This document shows positions 1 to 12,258 of a stretch of 64,000 nucleotides of DNA, one piece after another. A program made the translations under genes and the position numbers. The notes under the pieces are model-generated. The model searched no databases and was not told where the DNA came from. It saw only the letters and a program-made list of their open reading frames with translations. This stretch comes from Trichosphaerium sp. ATCC 40318 (Eukaryota > Protista > Tubulinea), in contig JALMLS010000257.1 in assembly GCA_038496445.1 (NCBI GenBank), positions 49,069-113,068 of the forward strand, given 5' to 3'. The stretch's first letter is position 1. Each line of letters begins with the position of its first letter.

Positions 1-1
1 C

Positions 2-697
2 AGACACGTACAATTACTAGCAGGCATTCACACCATCATTCTAAGACATTGTACCCGAATAACAGATGATAGTTTGGAGGCATTGGCCGGTGTACACACA
101 ATTCACTTAAAGCTTTGTAAGTATATAACAGATGAAGGTGTGAAGGCATTGGCTGGTGTACATGAGATTGATTTATCCATGACAAATATAACAGATGAAG
201 GTTTGAAGGCTTTATCTGGTGTACACACTATTCGCTTACGGTATTGTAACTCAATAACAGCTGAAGGTTTAAGGGCGTTGGCTGGTGTACATAAAATTGA
301 TTTATATTGTGCCTCAACAACAGATGAAGGTTTGAAGGCGTTGGCTGGTGTACATGAGATTGATTTGGCCATGGCAGAAATAACAGATGAAGGTTTGAAG
401 TCATTGGCTGGTGTACACACTATTCACATTGCCTCTTGTTACTTAATAACAGATGAAGGTGTGAAGGCGTTGGCTGGTGTGCATACAATTGATTTATCAC
501 AAACAAATATAACAGATGACAGTTTGAAGTCATTGGCTGGTGTGCATACAATTGATTTATCACAAACAAACATAACAGATCAAGGTTTGATATTTTTGGT
601 AGGTGTGCATACTATCAATATCACCCATTGCTATAGTATAACGGATAAGGGCATTGAAGTACTAAATAGCGCGTTTAAGATAATCAGAGGGTATTAA
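2..697 (+). CDS. Leucine-rich repeat protein (ALAGVHTIDLS-x-ITDEG family), 5'-partial
   Basis: Frame open from window start; about 9 tandem 24-25 aa LRRs; paralog of the F-box/LRR gene at 60870-61652; no intron in the visible part. Confidence 0.9.
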   Translation, partial: RHVQLLAGIHTIILRHCTRITDDSLEALAGVHTIHLKLCKYITDEGVKALAGVHEIDLSMTNITDEGLKALSGVHTIRLRYCNSITAEGLRALAGVHKIDLYCASTTDEGLKALAGVHEIDLAMAEITDEGLKSLAGVHTIHIASCYLITDEGVKALAGVHTIDLSQTNITDDSLKSLAGVHTIDLSQTNITDQGLIFLVGVHTINITHCYSITDKGIEVLNSAFKIIRGY

Positions 698-1065
698 CCA
701 AGAAAAGTAAACAGTAACAGCTGCCCAACATGGGTCTTGAATATAGCCATAGACTTGTGATATCATTGAAATAAAAACAACTAAAATCATACCTTTCACG
801 TGGTTACTCTCCTTTGTCTTTGCATCTAAGTTTGTTGTTTACCATTATGACTTGTACTGTAACTTATGAATTTAAAAAAAAGAAAACACTGAAACAGGGT
901 TTACATTGATACTTTTTTATTCATTTTTTACTTTTATGTTACATTGTTTTTTTTTTTTGGTTATTTTTCGGGTTTTTTTTTAATCTTTATCACAACAATC
1001 CGAAAAGAATTTATCTAAAGTCACATGTTCATGTCTTCTTGCTTTCATACATAATCAAGTATAGG

Positions 1066-3538
1066 TCACCTAAATGGAAAACCCGTATTAGTAAAAAGAA
1101 ACAACAAAAAAAAACAACAAAAACATTCAATCAAAAATCGAACAAAGCTAAGGACGTACAGTATTACAACTTCTTCACACGTTAAATCAATACTATTAGT
1201 TAAATCTATTGTTGTTGTTGAAGTAACAGGTGAAGTGACTTTACTAGCACTACCAGCGAGTTCTTTATTCTTAGGTGGAGTGCTAAGATAAGCCCTCAAT
1301 CCTTCAGCATTCATTGTACCACCAACACTAGCATGTGGATCTAAAAACCGTGCATTCTGACGTATAGGTGCAGTAGAAGGTTGAGGTGAAAGTGTTGCTT
1401 CAGCAACAGCAGCAGGTAGTTTTACTACGCAATTTCTAGCTGTTGTAGGGTCAAGAAACTGCCTGCTCTGAATTTGTGCTAAAGACATTCTTCTTTCAGG
1501 TTGTGTTGTCGCTGCTGTAGGCAGTGGGTGCGGTGTATGTGTAGGTGAGTGAGTGACACGATGTGTCATTGTTTGAGGAGGTGATGTGTGATTTGTTGTT
1601 GGTTCTACAGCTCTGGGAGGTGTAGTTTGAGGTGTATTTTGCTTTGGTGGGGTAACTGGAGGGGTAGAAGCTTTTTCAACAGCAGAGGACTGTTTCTTAG
1701 TTGCCACAGGAGCTGGTCTTCTAAGTGATGATAAAAATTTGATGCCTTGAACATTGAGAGATGTATTGGCGTTAAATAAACTCTTGAACATTTCATGCAC
1801 AATTTTTTGCCTACAAAGAACACGTGAGTACCAACAAAAGACTAAAATTAGAACGCTTACTTTCATTAAAAAAAATCCAAAAAAAAACCTGCTACTAACC
1901 TTGGTGGTACAGGCGCTGATTGCTGTGGTGTAATTTGTCTTCGTGACTTATTTCGTCCAAGATTTGTTGGTCTATTTGGAACAGCCACTCCAGAAGATAC
2001 CCTTCTCTTTGCTGATGATGTTTTGGGTTTTGTTCGTGGTCTACCTCTTTTTTTGGCTCCAGCATGTACATTTTTACGCTGTGTGTAATTTGTTCTTCCT
2101 CCAGTTCCTGAAGCTCTTCCAGTACGCAAAGGAGCTGTTCTAGCACCTGAAGGTGTCCAAGCAGCTGCACCATCAACACCATCCTCAAACCAATTGTCTG
2201 CGTCAGGAGACCAAGCATCTGGAGCATCAGGGTTCCAAGCATCTTCTCCATCAATTACACGAGACGCTCTTGACAATCTATGAGATCTAGGTTTTGTAGT
2301 TGGTTTCGGTCCCATAACTAGCCTGATTCTTCTTAGTTTGGTTACTGCAGCTGGTGCCACTCGTTGTACAGTATGTTGTGGAAGCTGTTGTACTTGTTGT
2401 GGTTGTGCCCGTGGTTGTGGCTGTGGTCGTGGTTGTAGCCGACGATTTTGTACCACCATAGTCAGCGGCGAAGTGTTTGAAGCAGCGATATTTGTTGGAG
2501 CTGTAGGCCTTGGAATAATGACAGGGTTCTCGTTGCGTATTCTCTTAGGCGTTGGTTGCTTCGAGAGATAGTAAGCAAAGCGAGAAAACGATATTTAGGC
2601 TTGATTTTTTTTTATAGAAGAGAAATTTCGTTAATTTTGGCGTTTGTAGAATTTTCTGGTTTTATGCCAAGTCAGAGATTTTTTCTTGTGGGTTTGGAAA
2701 AATTATGTTTTGCTTCGTTTTCTCACTTACATCTGTATTATCTACTTCATTTGGTCTTTGACGCTTACGCACTTTAAGTTTAAGAGCGCCTGATGCTATT
2801 CCTTCTTGAACTAGTGAAGTTATAAGCAAAATACGCTAAAACAACGCAAATTATTTTTTCGTCTTGTTTTGTGCGTGTTGTGGATGTTGGTAAAGGTGTA
2901 CATACTCAGTTGTCCTTTATCTTTATAAGTTTGTTTAGCATTTTCGCTCATAGACCTCCACACAGAACCTGCAAGCGAGTGTTAGTCATTTCATCAATAA
3001 CTTCGGTAAAAGAACGAAAAAAATCGCTACGGTTCTTCAAACTGTGCTAAGGACTTATTTGTAAACCACACAGTCAATTGTACCGAGATTATGACGATGT
3101 AAAACGCGGTAAATGGAATTTAAAGAATTTTTTGTAGTACAGTTGTTGCGTACCAAGTGAGCTTGTTGTTGGCGCAGCCTTTTGTTCTTTTTTAGCAAGC
3201 TGGCGTTGTTCCATGCAAAAAATGTAGAAAGGCGTTGGCGCTTTTATTGGACGCTTCCCGGCCAATATTTCCTTGCCCAGAGCAGTTGTGCCTCTTGACG
3301 AAGGGCCTGGTATTCTGAGGCGGGTCGTAGAAGCCATTGGAATCGTTGTATTAGAGTTACCCAATAACTGCAACGTTCTTGCAGTGGTTGCGCGGCTATT
3401 TGGTGTGTTTTCAGCTACAACAGTGTTTTCTCTTGATATAAAGTCTAGAGTAGATCCTCTGCCCTGTACAGAGTTCTAGATGCAATAGAGAGTTAACTTT
3501 TGTAGCATTATCACACTGTGTTGCGCTACCTGTGACAT
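1066..3538 (-). CDS. HMG-box protein with long Pro/Thr/Gln-rich disordered C-terminus (multi-exon)
   Basis: Spliced exons give KRPIKAPTPFYIFCMEQRQLAKKEQ...LG|SVWRSMSENAKQTYKDK (HMG-box pattern); AT-hook-like KKRGRPR in the 1866-2459 exon; boundaries approximate. Confidence 0.65.
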
Positions 3539-4436
3539 TTAGCAGCCGTTAAATTAGTATAACCCGAAGAGACGTGTTGGCATTGCGCACAAAATCATCA
3601 CTCGACTGTTTTGTTAAGTTAGTCAATCTATTTCCAAAAACAAGTGTCATCCGTCGTTAGTAACACTTCTTGGAGTAGATCATGGTGATAGCAACCAAAA
3701 ATAGTACTACTCCTGTGGGTGATACGAAACTGTTGATTGTATTAGTTTTGTATTTGAGGAAACTTAATGATATTTTTAGACTCTGACACTGGTTGCTTGT
3801 GAGCTCACGTGACATTATTAATGTCCTGTAGCTATTCATTTATTAATACAATATTCAACACGTGCTTACTCAACTTTTTAGATTGTCCTTGGTGGACAAA
3901 CGGTATTTTTTTTTCTTTTTTTCTAACTCTCTTTTAGTAGCAATGGACAACAATTCGTTCCTTTAGTTAGTGGACACCAATCACATGGAAGAGCTTGAGG
4001 TAATTAAAGATGAAATGAACGTGCTGGTAGCTCAACAGTGTCAAACTGGTTTGACATTTATTGTTAGTATTTGAAAGTGTACAACAAGCATGGCATAAAG
4101 CTGCTTGAGAAACGGATGGAAAGACAGAAATAAGCTACCAATTTTGCACGGTTGGATTTATGATGTTGCTACGTTCAGATAAATCTACGTGTCTGACATT
4201 GATCAAAGATTCATCTGTTATTTGTCACCAAAAATACAAACAGCGTACACATTCCATGGAACATTTTTAGCTTACTCTTTCCTAGACTCACTCAGCTTAT
4301 CATATTTTATGTCAACGAGTCACAGAGAATTGCTCGTGGTTAAATTTAATCAGCCCATACAAACCCCTCAGAAAGAAGCGGAACTTCTGTTTCTCTGAAT
4401 GTTTACAGTATTACAGTTCCTTTTGTATAAACAAGC

Positions 4437-7400
4437 ATGTTAAAGTTTGCATCCGATTTAGTGTACGCTGGCGACGAAGACGACGAAGATTTGGTACGTG
4501 ATAAGAAAACCGAAAAATAACACACGTTCTATGGCTTTAAAAAATAGCCTACGCTGATACAGACGTAGAGTATCTCCAATTCAAGTATTGACGACGAAGA
4601 TTGCTTTATAGTAAGCCCTCCACCTCCTCTATCCAGTTCTTCCAACCTAGAGACGACTCAGGATCGATTAAATCAACCACAAGGGTAAACGTCTTTTTGT
4701 TTTTTTCAAAACCGTCTATCAACGTTTCTGTCCGCGTACAAGACTTAACCGAAAGCGTTTTCACTTCTTCTGTTCAAATAATAAACTTATTGTAGTCCTT
4801 TCAGCCAGCAACCGCTTCAACCTACTCAACCGCTTAGACCGAACGTTAACCAACCGCCATCGTATCCTGCTTTTCTTTCACGTACGCTTCCTATACCTCT
4901 TCTCCTCCCAATCTTATCATTCTTCTCTCTAACCTCCACTAGCTTCCATACAACCGAACGTATCACAGGATGATGACTATGGATCCCTACCCCTTCCATA
5001 CTCTGATTTAGGTTCTAGCAACGCCTCGTCAGGGTTTGGAAGCAGCAATAGCGTGAACCACAACATAGGATCAAGTTTTGGTAATACTGCTTCACGTGGA
5101 CTCTCACGTGGTCCATCTGCTTTTGGTAGTACCAACTCAAGTGCCCCTTACTACCATTCTATACCTACAAGAGGAAACTCAGAATACGATACAGCGTCGC
5201 CGTTTGGAAGTAGCAATACAGGTCCCGGGTTCGAAGGAGCAACCAATAGCTATTCAACTCGTCCTTCACAATTTGGTGGTACTGCTTCACCTTTTGGTGG
5301 TAATAATGCTTCACCTTTTGGTAATAGCAGGACCACGTCAGGTTACGGGACTGTTAACCAATCAAGTTATAACACAAACACATCACAAGATAGTGAATAC
5401 GGAACACTGCCAAATTCATCTTCACCTTTTGGTGGTAATAATTCTTCACCTTTTAGTGGTAGTAATGCTTCACCTTTTGGTGGTAATAATGCTTCACCTT
5501 TTGGTGGTAATTTGAGCGCGGGAAATAATTCACAATTTGGTGGCAATGCTTCTCCTGTTGGTGGTAATAATTCTTCACCTTTTAGTGGTAGTAATGCTTC
5601 ACCTTTTGGTGGTAATAATTCTTCACCTTCTGGTAATAGGACCACTTTAACTTTCGGCACTGTTAACCAAGCAAGTAATAACACAAACGCATCACATGAC
5701 GATCCGTATGCAATACTGCCTCCTCAAGCGCCTTTTGGGAATAACAACCGTTCTGTTTCGAATTTTGGGCACCAGCATTCTCCAATTGGAGTAAGTAATC
5801 CACCACGTCCAAAGAGAATGAGAAAGTCTCCGAAGGAGAAGAAAACAACATTTAACCTCTCAAATAAGGAACAAAAGAAGAGTGCGAATACAAATATACT
5901 TGCAGTAGAGTACGTTATTTTCGGTTTCGGTTTCTTAGAACATTTTTTCTTTTTGGTTTGTTTAACACGTGCAATATTGTTACTGCACGACACTTTTATT
6001 GTTGTGTTTATTGTGTGCTAAGTATCTATTTTTGTTTAGTTTGGGCAAGCTTGCAGATGATGCGGATGTTGTTACAGGAGATCCTCTATTTTGCAAAAAT
6101 TGTCGTGCACTTTTTAATAACAAGAGGTATGTCAGCGTTCACTTTTTAGTTAGAGAACTATTATCAGTTTGAATTTACATTAACATAATTATTAGTGTGA
6201 CAGAGTCAAAAGAAGACGATTTATTTTGGTCATGTGAGTTCTGTGGTGAGAAACAAGAGATCTTTATCGAAGACGAAGAGGTACACTTATTGTTTTTTTG
6301 CGTGTGTTGTTTCTTTTTTAACCCCTTTGAGTTAGATACCAAAATCCAGTTCTTGTGATTATGTTATAGATGCTTGTAATATTAAGCCTACATCAGACTC
6401 TGCAGAGACAACTATTATTTTCGTTCTTGATATTTCAGGGTACTTTCTATGTTTCTATTTATAGATTTTGTGATTTTGTATTGACTGCGTGACATGCCTT
6501 TCTCTAAGCAACACATCAATATTTTACAATAGTCTAAACTTACGATACAGTAATTCTTACAATGTCGCGTATTGCACGTGATTTTGTTGCGTTCTGAATC
6601 AATACAACAGTTTTAATTTCGTATACGTGGTTTATAGTCTAATTGTTTTCTTAAAGGTCCATGTGCGTCACTTCTCCTATTGCTGGAAACCATAAACTCC
6701 GAGGAAATACAGATAAAGAATGGCAATCAGTATTACAACAATACCAGCATAACTATCATCAACCAAACTCTTCAGGTATCCTATCAGCAAAAAATCTGAA
6801 TAAGCAGTTTTTTTGTTTGAAGTACTGACATACTCGTAGTAACGTACATTTCTCGCCTTCAATGTGTTCAAGCTGCAATAGAGAGCCAACTTAAAAATCT
6901 CAAAACGGAACACCCAAACGCAAAAGTAGGCCTTGTGTGTTTCAACAGCGAGGTGCTTATATTTGGTGATGGAACTCAGGTACAATCAATAAGAAAAACA
7001 AAGAACGACAAAACTCGTTATTACACCATCTGTGTCTGCGTAACGCCGAAGTACATTAATACCTAGCGCGTTAATGTACATTTTTGTTTCTGTTTAAGTT
7101 CAGGCGTATTGACTAGGCAGGAGAAGGGAAAAGCGCCAGCAATCTAATAGTTTTTTTTTTGTTTTTTTTTTGGAGCCTTAAAACAAAACGTACCACTTTG
7201 GTGCATAACGTGTATTGCTCCAAAAATAATATTGTAAATAGGATATCACTGTTGTTACTGGAGATAAGTTACACGATTATGATGCTTTGCTAGAAGGTGG
7301 AAGAAAATACCAAGTTCAAAACGAAATTTCCGTTTCTCATGATCCTCTCGTAAAGAAACTCTTCGATTTGGAGGAAAGAGGAGCTACTGCACTCGGACCT

Positions 7401-9378
7401 GCTATTCTTGTTGCCATAGGAATGGCTGAAGGATCGCCTGGAGCCAAAATTGTTTTAGCAACAGGCACGGAGTACTTTTTTGTACAAAATGAGTTTTCTA
7501 ATTTATGACTTCTATAGATGGTCTTGCAAATATGGGTATAGGTTCACTTGATACATTCGGTATCGCCCCAGATATGGCTAAACAGTTTTATGATAAAACT
7601 GCTACGTATGCTTTAGAAAAAGGTGTCACAGTGTCTGTCCTTGGGTATGTCTTTTTTTTTTCTTTATTATTTCTTGTTTTTTTTGATTGTTGTCTCTGAC
7701 TTTTTTCCCTTAGTATTAAAGGAGAAGATATCAACCTTGCTACTCTAGGTAAACTAGCAGATGTAACGTACGTGTTTTATTATTTATCTTTATTTTTCAT
7801 AACGCACGTGTTATCTTGCTAATGAAAGATGAAGTTCTGGTGATGTTGACACTGTTGATCCAACAAAAATTACAGACACCTTTGCGAATATATTAGCGGC
7901 ACAACTTGTTGCTACTAAAGTTGAAGTGAGAGTTTTCTTGCATAAAGCTTTTGGGTTTGTAACATACGATGAAGATAAAGATGAGGTACTAAAAAATTGC
8001 TTACTCATTTGCAAAAAGACCTTTCTTTGATTGTTTAGTCTTGGTATCTTTTCTTAACTCCGCTCATTCCCACCATATTCAAGTGGTATTCAATTAATTT
8101 ATTAATACTCCTTAATGGTGGTTGTGGAGTGCGAATTACCTTTTAGTTTTTTTACCTTTATATTTCAGTCTTTAGTTGAACTCCACGTTCTTGTCTGATT
8201 AGTTCTTGAGCAGTACGTTTGGTATTTATTATATTCTCTAGGAAAAATCAGATAGTGCAATGGCATCTAAATCTGTTGGAAATGCCTTTTCAGATTCTGA
8301 GATAACTTTCGAATATGTGCTTAAATCAAAAGACGAACTTAAAGGAATTCTGAAAAAAGATGAAAAATCAGAGGACGACAATGATGAACATTCATTACCT
8401 TTTCAAATACAAGTATGTTAAGAACAATTAATAATACTACTACTACATTGATTTTAATACAAACACGTGATATCTCTTATTTGATGACTTTTATTGGCGA
8501 TTAACTTTTTTGTGCTTAGATTGAGTATACTAAGATGAATGGAATGCGATGTATTCGTGCTTTCACTGCTACTAAAAAAATTACTACAAATAAGATAGAA
8601 GCTCAAAAAAATATAAATGTTGGTGTTGTTGGTATGCATGCTAATCAACAAGCAGCTGCAAGATGCTCTAGAGGTAATTTTTTGAAGGAAAAATCTCGTG
8701 TACCACTTGGCTTTTTTACTTTGTATCGGGTTTTTTTAGTATTGTTCTTCTACCTGGGTTTTAATCCTTACGTTCGTACTTTTAGGTGATTTTTACGGTG
8801 CTGTACAATCAAATGCAGGTTTTGGAAGTCTGATACGTAACAATATAAGAACTCCATCACAAAGAGAGGTAATTGTTGGTTTTTTTTTGTATGCTCAGTT
8901 CTTTTTAAGGTTTATGGTCGTTGGGCGAACCATCAAAATGCTTTCAATAATCAAATGCTTCAAGCACATCAATCACAACAGATGCATTACGCACAACAAG
9001 CTCCACAAGTACGTTACAATTAAACAACGCAAGCACCGCTTTTTCTTTTGTTTTGTAAAATTCTTGGAAGTGTTTTTTGCCATTGCTGATCTTGGTTGTT
9101 TTAGAGTGGATTCGGTCAATCATCCAACCAACAACCGCAACAAAGACGAGGGAGTTATAGGCCTGATGATGCAACTTCTGCTATGATCTCAGGGTTTGGT
9201 GTACGTGATTCAAATTACTTGTTGTCTGTTTTTAAGTTACCACGTAATTCATTGGAAAATTGCCACGAGTTTGTTGTTGTTTTCCCTGAGTTTTTAGGCC
9301 ATTTCCCACTAAACTTACGGTTGTATACTTGTCTAAATTTTGTTTTAGCACTCTCGCCAAGCAAGAAACTTCAAGTGA
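4437..9378 (+). CDS. Sec23/24-type zinc finger + von Willebrand A protein (CPRAS/vWA-like) with N-terminal SPFGG repeats (multi-exon)
   Basis: Spliced: MLKFASDLVY...; GDPLFCKNCRALFN...WSCEFCG zinc finger; IIFVLDISGSM MIDAS; GATALGPA; LATDGLANMGIG. Confidence 0.8.
5275..5635 (+). repeat. Coding 24-nt tandem repeat encoding (A/S)SPF(G/S)G(N/S)N
   Basis: Repeated tcacctttt(g/a)gtggta(a/g)taat units inside the large vWA-gene exon. Confidence 0.85.
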
Positions 9379-9755
9379 TTGAGTACTTGAACGCTGAAGT
9401 GTCGGTAGAAATTGTAATGATGACCATTTTACTTCTTCACGCACATTTGTTAATACACAACTAAATAAAGCCTTTGATTTTCTATGCGTATACCTTTTTT
9501 CAGCAGAGGATAAAGGCAACCTGTTGTTTGTAAGATTTGTTGAAACTTATATGCTAACACCTTGTGATAATGTCAGAAAACGAAATAACCACATCAATCT
9601 ACAAGTACGTTCGACTTAAAGTTGGCTAAACATCTCAACGTGATTTGACAGATTATACGACAGGTTATCCAGGTTAACTTACTCCAAACGTGACATACTG
9701 TTAAGCGATACTTAAAGTGAGTGTCGTATTTACAACAAGCTCGCAGCTAATTGTC

Positions 9756-11880
9756 ATGTACTCTTCTGTATCTGTATTGGCATTTATTCTCGTTATATAC
9801 TTCGCTGAGAGCACGTGTATCGTTGTTTCAAGATGTAAATGGCAAAATACAACCTATGTCTTACACAATATCACAAATAATGGCAAAGGTTGCGAGCAAG
9901 GTAAATAGTACTTTAATTAGCCATAATTTATAAGTTTACTATGCTTTTCGCTTTAACAAATGTTAATTAGGTTTCAAACCACTAAAGCTGGATAGCATAC
10001 TTGAATCGTCCGTGATGAGTTTATTCCCGGTACACTTAATTTCCTTTTTTTCAAAAAACGCCATAAAACGAATTCGACATTTATCACGTGTTTTTTTTTC
10101 AACCTAAATTTCAGCCGAGTTATCCTTGTTCCTACCATAAAAAGGCTAGTATCTTGAAGATATAACCGCGCTGTGAAGCATTTGTAACATGTACAGCGTG
10201 GAACCTTACAACACTAAAAACATTTTGTGTTGTGCTACTATTTCTGATAAAATGTAGAGCCTGCGTTTGGATATTACATACAACAGTACAGATAACTTTT
10301 GGTATGATGCTACTGTCGTAAATCGTATTACAATGCATAAGGAATATCCAGTTACCAACCGTACCTGCCCAACGCTGCAAGGAGGAGTAAGCATTCCAAA
10401 AAAAAGCCAGAAAAAATCACTTTGACGCACGTTTTTGATCAAGTCGATTAACGTTCTTTGTTAGGTTATAAGAAATAACTGTGAGTCTGATCACTTTGTT
10501 TGTGAAGGTACATCAAGTGCAGTTTCACAACCTTGCATACAAATAAGTCGGGGTGTACCTTGTGAGCATTTTAGAAGTAGTTCCGGTATGTTGGTTCAGG
10601 CTTTTGGTTCTATTGCTTACTCTACCTAACATGGTCCCCAGGTAACTGCTATAATGTTATTTCTAGTAAACACACCTGGCCTGAAGCTCAAGGTAGTACT
10701 ATAAACCAAAGAAAAGGCTTCTTTATTCTAAGTGTTTTCAAAACAGGAATTTGTTTGAAACATGGCGGATATCTTGCCACAGTTAACAACAAGGATGAAT
10801 TCGATTTCATAGAAAATATCCTTAGAGGATTAAACTTTTCTACTTCTTGGATTGGACTAACAAGTGGATACAGAGAGCACTTAGATTTCAAATGGGTGCG
10901 ATACTATTTTTTTTTGCCTTTTCTGTTTTTGTTTACAATTTTACACCTAACCAGGCAGTGACCAATGAATCACGTGATTTTGGAAGTGACCTTAAGGATA
11001 GTCCGTGGGCTGAAAATGAGCCGGGGAATATACAAGTTAATGGTGTATCAGAAAACTGTGTTTTTACTAACATGCGCGATAATAATGGATTAGTCTGGCG
11101 TGACTCAGTTTGCAGCTCAACTAATCGATTCATATGCGAGATTGAACCAAATGTAGGTATGTAGAAATTTAGGTTTTTGAATCTATATCTAGCTACGGAG
11201 CAACGCAGTAGATGAGATGTCTAGACTACATGCTCTACATACTTTTTTTCAAAAGCCAATTTCTGTTTGCAATTTCTTCCTTCTAGCAGTGCCATCACCT
11301 CCTCTCATTGTGTTTTTAGAAGACTTAGTATACGCCGATGATAGTTCCGTTATCTTACTTGATACTGATATTTCAGTAGATGGTACCCTTCCTTAGAATA
11401 TTGTTGAAACTTGTATTTTGCACTTTCTACAAAGCCTTGTGTATTAAATCCGTTTTGAGGTATGGCTTTTTTCAGAAATACAACACTTAAACTTGTGGGA
11501 AGCAATACGAACCTAAGTGTAAGTGGTTGCATAAATGGGGAATTTTACATTGATACTTTTTCAATTGAGGTACGTACCCTAAAAATTACATTGTAATATT
11601 CTCACTCATATACTCTTTTAATCACGTGATTTACTCTAACAATATTATTACTCTAACAATATTATAGGTAGCTTCAATTATCATATCGCAATACAAGGAA
11701 TGTAAAGAGGTCACACCGGAAGTCATCTCTGGTGAAAACCAATGTGTTCAACAAAAGCGGTCTTCTTCAAGCTTTTTAACTATTCTCACCATCAAAGTTT
11801 CAAAGTGTAGCAACAATACTGGTCGAGTGGTGGTAGTAACATGGGCATTGCTTCTATCTGTAGTTTATTTGGTATTGTAA
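9756..11880 (+). CDS. Secreted, probably GPI-anchored C-type lectin domain protein (multi-exon)
   Basis: Signal peptide MYSSVSVLAFILVIYF; CTLD TWPEAQ.ICLKHGGYLATVNN...WIGL...WAENEPGN...ENCV...WRDSVCSSTNRFICE; hydrophobic C-terminus VVVVTWALLLSVVYLVL*. Confidence 0.8.
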
Positions 11881-12258
11881 TAAGACATTAAATGCTTGGT
11901 ATGGATACAATCTAGCTAGTCCACCAACTGAGAGGACTTAAATAAATTCTTTTTCCATTAATGTGGAACTTCCCAAATTCAAACTTTCTACTCATTAAAA
12001 GGTTAGTTCGTGCTTTGAATTATTTCTATGTAGAGATGCAAGGCCGAAATACTAATAGTATGTCTAATACTTGGTGCGTTAGAATAAGAAGGAAGTCCTA
12101 GTTCCAATTTCATTTCTTTTTCCGATTTCACTATTTTCGGAAGAATTCGCAAGACTGTGTGAGTTGTCTACTGTTAGTAAACTCGTATTGGAGAGATTGT
12201 TATTGTTCAGTTTATCTACAACCAGTTCTACAATACAAACTGCTTACTCTTACCATCA

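Noticed and set aside
3660-4133. Possible small multi-exon gene ending YLKVYNKHGIKLLEKRMERQK*
   Set aside because: Splice-like signals are present but I could not build a consistent model or recognise a domain.
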